Numbered from the stretch's first letter, positions 25,001-36,720 are shown. The stretch: 64,000 bases of DNA from Macrostomum hystrix (GCA_950097015.1 CATNEN010000003.1:992001-1056000); one strand, 5' to 3'. Numbers and translations are program-made. The notes: generated by a model from the sequence alone, not told the origin.

Positions 25001-27091
25001 CAATCTGATACTCTTTGAGATCCTCAATCTGATACTCTTTGAGACCCTCAATCTGATACTCTTTGAGATCCTCAATCTGATACTCTTTGAGATCCTCAAT
25101 CAGATCTCTTTGAGATCCTCAATCAGATCTCTTTGAGATCCCCAATCAGATACTCTTTGAGATCCTCAATCAGATACTCTTTGAGATCCTCAATCAGATA
25201 CTCTTTGAGATCCTCAATCTGATATTCTTTGAGATCCTCAATCTGATACTCTTTGAGATCCTCAATCTGATACTCTTTGAGATCCTCAATCAGATACTCT
25301 TTGAGATCCTCAATCTGATACTCTTTGAGATCCCCAATCTGATACTCTTTGAGATCCTCAATCAGATACTCTTTGAGATTCTCAATCTGATACTCTTTGA
25401 GTTCCTCAATCTGATACTCTTTGAGATCCTCAATCTGATACTCTTTGAGATCCTCAATCTGATACTCTTTGAGACCCTCAATCTGATACTCTTTGAGACC
25501 CTCAATCTGATACTCTTTGAGATCCTCAATCTGATACTCTTTGAGATCCTCAATCAGATACTCTTTGAGATCCTCAATCTGATACTCTTTGAGATCCTCA
25601 ATCTGATACTCTTTGAGATCCTCAATTAGATACTCTTTGAGATCCTCAATCTGATACTCTTTGAGATCCTCAATCAGATCTCTTTGAGATCCTCAATCAG
25701 ATCTCTTTGATATCCCCAATCTGATACTCTTTGAGATCCCCAATCTGATACTCTTTGAGATCCTCAATATGATACTCTTTGAGATCCTCAATCAGATACT
25801 CTTTGAGACCCTCAATCTGATACTCTTTGAGATCCTCAATCAGATCTCTTTGAGATCCTCAATCTGATACTCTTTGAGACCCTCAATCTGATACTCTTTG
25901 AGACCCTCAATCTGATACTCTTTGAGATCCTCAATCAGATCTCTTTGAGATCCTCAATCTGATACTCTTTGAGATCCTCAATCAGATCTCTTTGAGACCC
26001 TCAATCTGATACTCTTTGAGACCCTCAATCTGATACTCTTTGAGATCCTCAATCAGATACTCTTTGAGATCCTCAATCAGATACTCTTTGAGATCCTCAA
26101 TCTGATACTCTTTGAGATCCCCAATCAGATACTCTTTGAGATCCTCAATCAGATACTCTTTGAGATCCTCAATCTGATACTCTTTGAGATCCTCAATCAG
26201 ATACTCTTTGAGATCCTCAATCAGATACTCTTTGAGATCCTCAATCAGATACTCTTTGAGATCCCCAATCTGATACTCTTTGAGATCCTCAATCAGATAC
26301 TCTTTGAGATCCTCAATCTGATACTATTTGAGATCCTCAATCAGATACTCTTTGAGATCCCCAATCTGATACTCTTTGAGATCCTCAATCAGATACTCTT
26401 TGAGATCCCCAATCAGATACTCTTTGAGATCCTCAATCAGATACTCTTTGAGATCCCCAATCTGATACTCTTTGAGATCCTCAATCAGATACTCTTTGAG
26501 ATCCTCAATCTGATACTATTTGAGATCCTCAATCAGATACTCGTTGAGATCCTCAATCAGATACTCTTTGAGATCCCCAATCAGATACTCTTTGAGATCC
26601 TCAATCAGATACTCTTTGAGATCCCCAATCTGATACTCTTTGAGATCCTCAATCTGATACTCTTTGAGATCCCCAATCTGATACTCTTTGAGATCCACCA
26701 TTTGAACTTTTTCGAGCTATATTAACTGAGAACACTTTTTTACATTGCTTCCAATTCTATTAAATTTTCCATTCAAATCCAGAATTCGCCTTAAGAGGAT
26801 CAATTTTCCTAGAAAACTAGTCAGCCAGGTAGCCACACAGTTGCACAAACCTTCAGTCCAGCAAAAGTTGTTAATAAACTGTTCCTGGCCAGTGTGAGAC
26901 CCGACCTCCGTAGGCACATAGCAGGCCACTGGCGACAGAATGTATGTCTTGACCGTGATGGTGGTGCAGCACACCAGCAGCAGCACCACAGTCACCTGGA
27001 AGTGCAATCTGTCTGAGAAGTCTTCAACACCTGCGTAGTTGACTCCTGGGAATTTAGTGAATTTGGTGATGAGCTCAGCTGCCGCAGCCAT
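19049..27091 (-). CDS. inx: Innexin, 3 exons (27091-26851, 20618-20299, 19852-19049), about 454 aa
   Basis: GVEDFSDRLHF..NNFCWTE|G, GTFAIP..IVYYQWVPF, FPRVSAC..QCTLPINMLNEKIYVFLWFW. All junctions are GT-AG and phase-consistent. Confidence 0.93.
20860..26697 (+). repeat. 24-bp satellite (CWGATACTCTTTGAGATCCTCAAT)n, about 240 copies, in innexin intron 1
   Basis: Highly homogeneous tandem array with occasional 22-bp and 26-bp variant units. Confidence 0.98.
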
Positions 27092-29363
27092 GGACTGGCT
27101 GCTTCTTGTCGTTATTTAATCAAGATAAAAGCGGGATAAATGTCTGTCTAGAAATAACGAAAATTATGCCCTGCTTATATTTAACTCGATCTCCTCACCC
27201 TACCCACCATCCACCCCTTCGACCATCTGGGTACAGTTCTGGGGAATACACTATTGGGCAAGGGGAAGCGTCAGCTAAATGAACAACGCTAGAGAGAAAC
27301 AGAGGCAGAGAGGAAAATTAGGGCTTGGGAGAGAAAACTGCCTTCACCTATGTACTTTATTGAAGTCTGCAGTTCCCCACACACTCTTCCCCTGAGAGAT
27401 CCGGCTATGTATTATGTAGATATTGTACAGGGTGTACACCGGTGTCGTTGCCTCCCAGTGTGTACAGGCTGTGTAGAAGCCACGCGCTTCCAATTTCTGG
27501 GATCAAACAGAACAGCTCAGTGGTTTGAAGGGGTTTTTAGAATGGCAGACAAACGATGGCTCCTCGATTTCTGAGTATAACTTGTACAGAGCAGCAGTAA
27601 ACTAGAAAACATTATGGTCGAAAAACAAGCTATGAGGATTCCTTATCAGAACAACTAGACTTATAAATCACAGGAAACATGCAGATTCCATGCCTTTTCA
27701 GAATATACGAAAATAAACTGAAAAAATTATTTGTTATTTGCCGGTACTCGTACGACTTCGTAGACAAGAAAGATTATGATATTTTTTGCATTTCAGAGCT
27801 CAATAATTAGATATATTGAGCTTGCAATACTACTCGCAGTACCAAAGCAACGATCTTTTCCTATTATTATTCAATATTATTTTATCGAACCGTTTTTCAC
27901 GGCGTTAAGATACGAATAATATGTGAATTTTTTAGCCAACCCTGTCAAATTAGAATAATTGCTAATAATAATTTTGCACGCTAAAAACAAATTCAAAGAT
28001 CGTCCATGCACGGCCTATTTACTTGCCGTGTTTTTGGGCGTAAATTGTATTAAAACTTGGAAATTCGATAAAATGTTAACACTAAACTGCTTTCTTGTGC
28101 AAATGGGCCAAATTTTTTTTCTGCCCGACGTGAAAATCTTGTTGCTTATAAACTTTAGGCCCCAAAAACTTTCGATCGATCAATCGATCGCACTGAAAAC
28201 GCAGAACATGGTAGACTATATACTGATCTACAGGGCCCGCTTGGATGCAATGGACGGCCTCCCTCCCCAAAGTAGGAAATTCGATCAGCAGCAGCGATGA
28301 ATAAGCGCGGTCGTGCTTCATACGATCCTGGGCCTGTGCATTGGATAGAGCCAACGAAGCAGTTAGCAGCACCAACAAGCATTTCGCGAGCGTTTTCATA
28401 TCGCAACACATCTCGATCTCCGCTAGCAGCCAGCCATATCCGACCAAAATGCATAATCTGGTCCTCCATGTGATATGCACACTCGACAATGCCTCGACTG
28501 GCATGACAGACTAGTGCGTACCAGATTCGAAAAAAAACAAGTGTGGATTTTGGGTTATAAAGAAGGTGAAAGGATGCAGACTGGTCGAATACTTTTCTGT
28601 CTGCATTCTAAATGACGGAAATGTTAAGCGGCTTTTCTCCATCTCCCTCGAGGCCTATTCTTCCCAGAGCGTGGTGGTAACAGTTAGAGGGCGCGCAACC
28701 AGGTAGGAAATAATAAGGGAAGAACTCTAGCTCTTGGCGGCTGGACACCGGCAGAGACAGACGGGCAGACAGACAGAAAGCGAATGGGAGATCGGCTGAG
28801 AGAGATGAAGCGAGAGGGGTTTCTGGTGTCGCCCTGGCCAGCTAAATGCGCAGGCGTTCGACTGGGAAAGCATCAATCAATAATATACTCTCTCGTCTAT
28901 CTTGGCCGATGCTTTCGCGGGTCTGGAAGCCTCGCAGTTCAGCACTGATTTTGCATGCAACAATCCCACGGTACAAAAAAACCTGGGCGAACCAGCAGCG
29001 AAACAGCCAACCAACAGTCGCCAGCTGGCTTTGCGACCTCTGCGCTGCTCTCACTTCTTGCCAAGCTTCCTCTCATTCTAAGACCAATTCTGGGCTCCTG
29101 CATGCAGCTGCTGCGCCCTAGGTGAGGGATAGAGGGGACTGGGCGAGCGGAACCGGGTATGAGGTGGCACCTGGCGTTTTCAGGAAATAGGCGCTGCACA
29201 GCGCAGTATTCGATAAAGCTTAGCGGCAGAGGTCAGACAGACGGAGCGTAACCAGCAGACGCTTAGCTCTTTCAAATTGCTGCGAAACGAACTGGCTGCA
29301 ATCTGTCCGCAAAAACTTGCCGGAGTCCACAACGCAGAGCGGGCCGCAGCATCAGCATTCGAA

Positions 29364-30379
29364 ATGGACGCCACTGGCTTTTCCTGCATGAAATGCAGCA
29401 TGTCACTGACCGGCCACCGGTACATCCTACGCGACGAGAAGCCACACTGCATCAAGTGCTACGAGGAACTTTTTGCCAACACCTGCGAACAGTGTAAGGA
29501 GAAGATCGGATGCGACTCTAAGGTGAGACAAGTCTAACAAGAAGAAAGATCGGAACAGTATACGTTTTCATGCAATTCGATATTTCTTCGAAATCAATCC
29601 AGGACCTGTCGTACAAGGAGCGGCACTGGCACGAGCGCTGCTTCAAGTGCTCCGCCTGCAGCGCCAGCCTGGTCGACAAGCCGTTCGCCACCAAGGACGA
29701 GGCTCTGTACTGCTCCGACTGTCACGATGAGAAGTTCGCCGCCCGCTGCGACGGCTGCAGCAAGGTGTTCCGCGCCGGCATGCGCAAGTACGAGTACCAC
29801 GGCAAGCAGTGGCACGAGGAGTGCTTCCTGTGCCGGGAGTGCCGCCAGCCCATCGGCAGCCGCTCGTTTATCCCGCGCGAACAGGAAGTCTGCTGCGTGC
29901 CCTGCTACGAGGAGAAGTACGCGCAGAAGTGTCGCAAATGCGCCCAGGTGATCAAGCGCGGCGGCGTCACCTACAAAGGTGAGCCGTACCACAAGGAGTG
30001 CCTGGTGTGCGGCAACTGCAACACGCAGCTGGCCGGGCTAAAGTTTACTAGCAAAGAGGACAAGCCGTACTGCGCCGACTGCTACGGCCAGCTGTTCGCC
30101 AAGAAGTGCTGCCGCTGCAGCCAGGCCATCACCGGTGAGTGGCAGATCTTTAATCGAAATCACGGCTTTTCAGTCGCAGGTTAAAGCGCTACTGACGGGG
30201 CTAATTACGAACCCAATATCCATGTCCGTAAAGGCTTCGGCGGCTGCAAGTTTATCTCGTTCGAAGAGCGCCACTGGCACTCAGACTGCTTCGTGTGCTA
30301 CAAGTGCAACGTCAACCTGGTCGGCAAGGGCTTCCTAACTGACAGCGACGACATCCTGTGCCCAGAGTGCGGTCGCTAG
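29364..30379 (+). CDS. FHL2: Four-and-a-half LIM domains protein (FHL2/Limpet-like), 3 exons, about 278 aa
   Basis: Exons 29364-29522, 29603-30134 and 30234-30379. One half-LIM (CMKC..HCIKC) plus four LIM domains (DLSYKERHWHERCF, ISFEERHWHSDCF). Further upstream exons cannot be excluded. Confidence 0.92.
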
Positions 30380-31230
30380 AATCTCAAAATTTCCTTGGCT
30401 CGCATTCAGGTGCATGATCCGCCTGCTTGCACCTGGGCCGGGTGGGAAGCGTGTGCGAGAAGGCCTCACAGCATTGACTCTTTTATTCTCAACTCTCTAG
30501 CTGATTACTTGATTATAATTACAGGGGCAATTTTAATATACAAGTACTTTCTGTGCCCACACTTAGTTCGAAATAGTATATTTGCAGTATTAAAATTTAT
30601 CGGAAACAGAACGAATAACGATCGACTGTCACGTTTTCGAGTAAATAAATGATACATGCTAGTTAATAGTACCAAAATGCCTGCCCTATTCCCAATGTCT
30701 CCATCTTCAATGATTCTTCCATCCAAGAAATAAACGTTGATAACGTACTGTAGCTTTTCATTCTAGTCGTTAAAAAATGTTACATTTTTAAGCTCGCTAC
30801 GCTTGGATAATTGCGCGTTACGTCAAGGCGATTTTTGCCATTAGAACGATCGCCTAGACACTAAAAATATAAGCAATAAAAAATTCATTCAGGCACTATT
30901 TATAAAACTTCATATCGCTTGTCACCATAGCAACTATCTGTTTCCCTATCCAAAACAACTTAGCCATGAATTTTATGATGTAGACTTTGGTCATGATTTG
31001 ATTATCTTAATAACATCGCCTTTTTTAAATACTAACAAATAAACTTAGCAATATATACATGGCTCATGCTGAGACAGTGTTAACTGTTCTTCCTTCGCTC
31101 ATCCTTCAAATTGGTCTGCAGGACCAAAACAAGCTCAAAATAGAGTTTTAGGATGTCACCAGCCAGCGCACAACGCAAGGTTGAAAAGCTCTCGAAACAG
31201 ATAATAAAAAAGACTGCCAGTACATTTTCT

Positions 31231-31539
31231 TCAGCCGAAAATGGCGAAAGGTCCTCCCCGGTCACAGCCACCATGGGGGCACGCCAGCAACAGCTGATGC
31301 CGTTCAGTCACCTCACCAGCAGAGGGGACGACAGCGACTGGAATGATGCTGGAGGCGGGACAGTCGCCTGCGCCAAAACAACATGCGGGATCTGGGCGCG
31401 CTAAAAGCTGATCACAGTCTCGGCCGCGTTGGCACTTCGCCTCTAACATCTCAAGCCAATTCACAAAACTTGCTGCTGAGGGAATTTGGCCGACTTGATT
31501 TCCTAGCAGCAGCAGCAGCAGCAGCAGTATTAACAGTAC
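31231..31539 (-). CDS. Candidate small secreted Cys-rich protein exon lacking its own ATG
   Basis: Acceptor acgcag| is followed in frame by VLLILLLLLLLLGNQVGQIPSAA... and 7 Cys, 102 codons to the stop. GC-rich island in AT-rich flanks. Confidence 0.3.
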   Translation of the reverse strand, partial: VLLILLLLLLLLGNQVGQIPSAASFVNWLEMLEAKCQRGRDCDQLLARPDPACCFGAGDCPASSIIPVAVVPSAGEVTERHQLLLACPHGGCDRGGPFAIFG

Positions 31540-31869
31540 CTGCGTTTATGATACATGTGCATTACAACTGAAACTGTTAGTCAAACATGCTAGACTATGG
31601 CCCGCTAAAAAGAACAGACCTTTATTAATTTAGACAAAGTTCTTCAAGTGCTACAGCGAAGCATCCTTCAAAAATTATATTGACAAATAGTTGTATTGAC
31701 TGAATAAAGTCAGAACCAAGAAAGCCCAGATTGAAATAAGAAAGGTAAAAACTAAATTAGTAGACTTAAAACACATTATCTTACCAAGGGATTATTATAT
31801 TATTATTATATTACCAAGGGATTGACGTCGGAAACTAGAAAATCGACAAGTTCAGAGAAGCAAATTTAA

Positions 31870-32400
31870 AACGAACCTGGTTGATGGGAAGAAACTGATG
31901 GAACCTGGTTGATGAGAAGAAACTGATGGAACCTGGTTGATGAGAAGAAACTGATGGAACCTGGTTGATGAGAAGAAACTGATGGAACCTTGTAGAATGA
32001 AAAGAAACTGATGGAACCTGGTTGATGAGAAGAAACTGATGGAACCTGGTTGATGAGAAGAAACTGATGGAACCTGGTTGATGAGAAGAAACTGATGGAA
32101 CCTGGTTGATGAGAAGAAACTGATGGAACCTGGTTGATGAGAAGAAACTGATGGTACCTGGTAGAATGAAAAGAAACTGACGGAACCTGGTTGATGAGAA
32201 GAAACTGATGGAACCTGGTATAACGAAAAGAAAGTGATGGAACCTGGTAGAATGAAAAGAAACTGATGGAACCTGGTAGAACGAAACGAAAGTGATGGAA
32301 CCTGGTAGAACGAAAAGAAACTGATGGAACCTGGTTGATGAGTAGAAACTGATGGAACCTGGTTGATGAGAAGAAACTGATGGAACCTGGTTGGTGAGAA
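31870..32400 (+). repeat. 28-bp minisatellite (GAAACTGATGGAACCTGGTTGATGAGAA)n, about 19 copies
   Basis: Tandem units with two main variants. Confidence 0.95.
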
Positions 32401-33037
32401 TAATAGATTTCCAAGGTTATTAGAAATGAACTTACAAAACAGTATGTTTTTAAAACTAGTTTTTGTGCTTTCTAAAACAATATGCAATTAAGTACGCTGG
32501 CTTAATTCTTTAATTCTTGTTCGTTTATTTGTAGGAACTGAAAAAAGCGATTGAAACTAGTTAAATGTCAAACAATCGATACCAATGGAATTGAAAAGCA
32601 ACTAGCCAGCAGATATGCTATAGTTGCTACCTTATACGGCAAGTAGCCATTACAGTGTCTCACTTCGAAAATACAACAAGAGCTAACAACAAGATTCATA
32701 TCAAAATCGCATACGAGTATTAAACTATCTGCGCTAAACAGAGACATTCTCAATGTTTTCTTGGCTGCTGTCCATTTGACAGCATATAAGCTAAAAAGCT
32801 TACAGATTCAGGTCAAGTGACAGACTGATGGCTACAAAGATCATTATTTGTTAAAAAAAGAAATTTTGAACATAATTTTAAAGAATAAAAAAACAAATCA
32901 CCCATTGTTAAACAAGTGATACTTTGCGCTGATTTCACGCAAAATTAACTAAAGCAAGAAAAAACAAACGAGTCTTAACATGAGAACGCTGGGCAGATGG
33001 TTATTTTGGAGCAGTTTCGTCTGTAAGAAAACAACTT

Positions 33038-34682
33038 CTAAAAATCGTCCTGCAGTTTGGCGTCCTTATAATAGGCATTTAGATCGCGATTCAAAGCCGA
33101 GTTTGTGTTCTGCATGTAAGCCTCTAGCTCTCTATCAAGGGCGTCTTTGTTCGCTGCGCCTTGCTGACCACCGCGACCTCCGCGGCCGCCGCGTTGACGA
33201 GTGCCGCCGCCGCCTCGGCCGCTAGCCCCGCCTCGGCCGCGAGAATACGAAGAGGCAGAATTGAAACGAAGATTGGTGTTCGCGGCAACGCGTCGAGGCC
33301 CAGTTGACAAAGCGGCCGCGGCGGCATTGCGATTCAGCCCAACGAAGAATCTGTTGATGAAGTGCATTAGTGAGCTGCTAGTCCAATGGTTACAGCTGTG
33401 ACCCAAGAGGTCAAGAGTTCAAATCTTAGTCCAATTAAAACAATTGGTGTCCTTGAACAACAGATTCCAGGCTGCTATAGTTCACCCAGCTGTGCTGTAC
33501 TGATAGAAACGACACCTACACATCTGGGTAGGTGTCGTTTTTATCTGCATTGGGTGGAGTACAGCTGGAGTGGATTAGCTAGAGTACAGCTGGGGTGGAT
33601 AAGTTAGAGTACAGCTGGAGTGGATAAGTTAGAGTACAGCTGGGGTGGATAAGTTAGAGTACAGCTGGAGTGGATAAGTTAGAGTACAGCTGGGGTGGAT
33701 AAGTTAGAGTACAGCTGGAGTGGATTGGGTACAGTGTAGTGGATTGGGTAGAGTGGAGTGGATTGGGTACAATGTAGTGGATTGGGTAGAGTGGAGTGGA
33801 TTGGGTACAGTGTAGTGGATTGGGTAGAGTGGAGTGGATTGGGTACAGTGTAGCTGGAGTGGATTGGCTGGGGTGCACCTTGGGCACTAGCTATGACTTG
33901 AAATTATTTTTTACCGGTCGAGAATTTTAGTCACCGAATTATTAATAAGTATTCAGGTAATAAGGGACCACGTAATTAGTCCCATCTTATTAACCGTGGT
34001 GTAATTAACGCGGGTGTAATATGTTATTAACCGGGGTGTACCATCCAATTAACCGTGGTGTAATTAACGCGGGTGTAATATCTTATTAACCGGGGTGTAC
34101 CATCCTAATAACCCGGGTGTACCATCCTATTAACTGGGGTGTACCATCCTATTAACCGGGGTGTACCATCTTATTAACCGGGTGTACCATCTTATTAACC
34201 GGGGTGTACCACAGTACCATCCTATTAACCGGGGTGTAACTCACCGACCGCGGCCCCGCCCAAATCCGCCTCGCTGACCACCTCCATGGCTAGCCGAGGC
34301 GGGCCCTTGAAATCCGGCGATTCCGCCACTTCGTCGTTCAACCCGACCATCGTGAACTCCGTGCAATTGGCCGCGCTGCCTCGGTGGCTGATCGAAAAAG
34401 TCGTTGGAGCCGACATTGTTGAAGCGGCGTTGGGCGCCAAAGCCGCCTCCACCAATGCGGGCAGACATTGGGCGCTGTGGCTGCTGCTGTTGCTGCTGCT
34501 GACGATTTTGCAGCTGTGTGAATCTGTGAATTGACAAATAACAAGCAACATGTAACTAACCAGAAAAAGTATTTTTCCATGTTTTAATGCTTGAATTTGT
34601 CTAGAAAAGCTAGTTACCTGTCATTCAAAGTCTTGCTGGTGCCATCCCCAAGCTTAACCCTCACAGGCAGTCGCCCACTCAT
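33038..34682 (-). CDS. CHTOP: Chromatin target of PRMT1 (CHTOP/FOP)-like, 3 coding exons, about 218 aa
   Basis: Exons 34682-34618 (..TSKTLNDR|F, like the CHTOP SLNERF motif), 34523-34245 and 33350-33038. RGG-rich middle and C-terminal FoP duplication KDALDRELEAYM..LNRDLNAYY. A splice acceptor sits immediately before the ATG. Confidence 0.88.
33378..33495 (+). mobile_element. Degenerate tRNA-derived SINE (family A)
   Basis: tagtccaatggtt..gagttcaaatct head, then tgtccttgaaca..agttcacccagctgt core. Confidence 0.45.
33548..33880 (+). repeat. Composite minisatellite (25-bp GTGGATAAGTTAGAGTACAGCTGGR grading into 19-bp AGTGGATTGGGTASAGTGK)
   Basis: Tandem units in CHTOP intron 2. Confidence 0.9.
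33985..34240 (+). repeat. About 22-bp minisatellite (TTAACCGGGGTGTACCATCCTA)n
   Basis: Tandem units abutting the CHTOP exon-2 donor. Confidence 0.85.
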
Positions 34683-35402
34683 CTGAAAAATATTTTTATT
34701 TATTTATCACTTTTGTAAGTACACTAGTGAATAGACGAATAGTGTCCTCTTACTAAATTTAAAACTAGAGTTAGTGGTCAATAATCTGATTAATGTTGAT
34801 AACATCATGATATAGGGTTTAAATACACTAGACAGAACAATGATCCCAATTTTAGTATAGAACAAGAGACAATGTTCTCTTGGCCAAGGGAATAAATAGA
34901 AATTTCAAATTGTATTGCCTTCTCTTACTAATGAATAATGAATAAATGAATAATCCATCCTTGCTTTTTAATTCTGATAGTTTAAAAGTCTTTGCTACAT
35001 GTAAACAACAATTTACCTTAACAAAAGCAGAACTTTATAAACAAATTTCTATTAAAATTAGCATCATTTAGGCATCATTTAGCCTATTTTTCCTAGGCCT
35101 ATTGAATCATTTTTATTTAACTTTTTTTATCTAAGGCCTAATTGATATTTAATTAAATTGGTGACATGCAGTGCAAAAAAATATTTATACAAGTGCTAAC
35201 TCACATTAACATTACCACCCTATCAAACCAGTGACATCACATGGTCCACAAAACCTTCCAATTTGCTGTTAAGAGCTTGGGATAATGAAATAAATATTAT
35301 AGACTAAGCTTTAGACAAAACTCTTAGTGACTTTCTGCCAAATTGTTTTTGCCAAAGTGATCTAAATTCCTCAAAAGTTCGGCCTAACATATAAAAGAAA
35401 TA

Positions 35403-36720
35403 GGGTAATGTATCATCAACCGAACAGTGTATCTTCAAAACCGAACTTAAGAATTTTGACTCATTCCTTAGTCATGTGCAAGACAGAAACAAGCTATTGT
35501 ATTTCACAGAACAACTATTTTGAATGTCAATGAAATTATTTACAAGCTAAGGCATGACATGCAATGAAGCATTAAAAAAAGAAAGATATGGATGTTTCAG
35601 TAGAATTTTTTATCAATAAAGCATACTTTTTGACAGAATTTTTTCAGTATGTACTTTAGACTAAGATTGTATGTGGTTGCTTTCCAATTAAATTACCATA
35701 AATTTAGTTATTTATAGAGCATGAAAAAAGCTTTCAAATAACATAATTCATGATAGATCACTCCTTAAAATAATATTAAACCACTCACTCAAATTTTAAA
35801 ACCGAACATCAAATTCTCTGTTTGGTTTGAAGATTGGCCTACATAAAATCATCGTTTGGTTTTAGATGAAAAACATGAATAACTTTTTTTTCTATTTGAC
35901 AAAATTGCAAAAGCAGATACTATTTAGAAAGACAATAGGGTAATGTATCATCAACCAAACAAGGATGTGTATTTTTTTAACTTCAAACCTAAGCTAGGCC
36001 TACATATTTTCTATTTAAGATATGATGATAAATCAAAAGCCAAGTTATAGAAAACAGTTACATCTTTCTAAAAAGTATCTGCTTTTGCTATTTTATCAAA
36101 TAGAAAAAAGTTAGGCCTATTCCTGCTTTTTATCTAAAACCAAACAATGATTTTCATGTATCTTCAAACCAAACAGAGAATTTGATGTTTGGTTTTACAA
36201 TTTGAGTGAGTGGTTTAATCTTATTTTAAGAAGTGAACTATCATGAATTATGTAATTTGAAAGCATTTTTCATGCTCTATAAATAACTACATTTATGGTC
36301 ATTTAATTAGCAAGCAACTATATACAATCTTTGTCTAAAGTACATACTGAAAAAATGTTATTAAAAAGTATGCTTTTGCAATAAAAATGTCTACTGAAAC
36401 ATCAATATCTTACTTTCTTCTTAATGTTTCATTGCACATCATGCCTCAGCTTGTAGATAATTTCTTCAACTTTCAAATTAGTTGTTCTGTGAAACACAAT
36501 AGCTTGTTTCTGTCTTGCATGAGACCAAGTAAGAAGTCAAAACTCTTGTTCGGTATTGAAGATACACTGTTCGGTTGATGATAGGCCCTACATTACCCTA
36601 ACAGTTTTCTATAACTTGGCTTTTGATTTATCATGATATCTTAAATAGAAAATCTGTAGGCATAGCTTAGGTTTGAAGTTAAAAAAGGCATATTCTTGTT
36701 CAGTTGATGATACATTACCC
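35403..36720. mobile_element. About 655-bp TA-flanked MITE (TIR GGGTAATGTATCATCAAC) containing a second copy (35938-36598) in opposite orientation
   Basis: Arrangement A B A' B' with four TIRs, each flanked by TA. Removing the inner copy restores the reverse complement of the inner element. Confidence 0.85.

Noticed and set aside
20882-26701. Long ILFEILNQ / RISKSIRL ORFs
   Set aside because: Translation artefacts of the 24-bp satellite inside an innexin intron.
31852-32487. CRISPR-like 28-bp repeats and repetitive ORFs
   Set aside because: Units are directly tandem with no unique spacers, there are no cas genes, and the context is eukaryotic.
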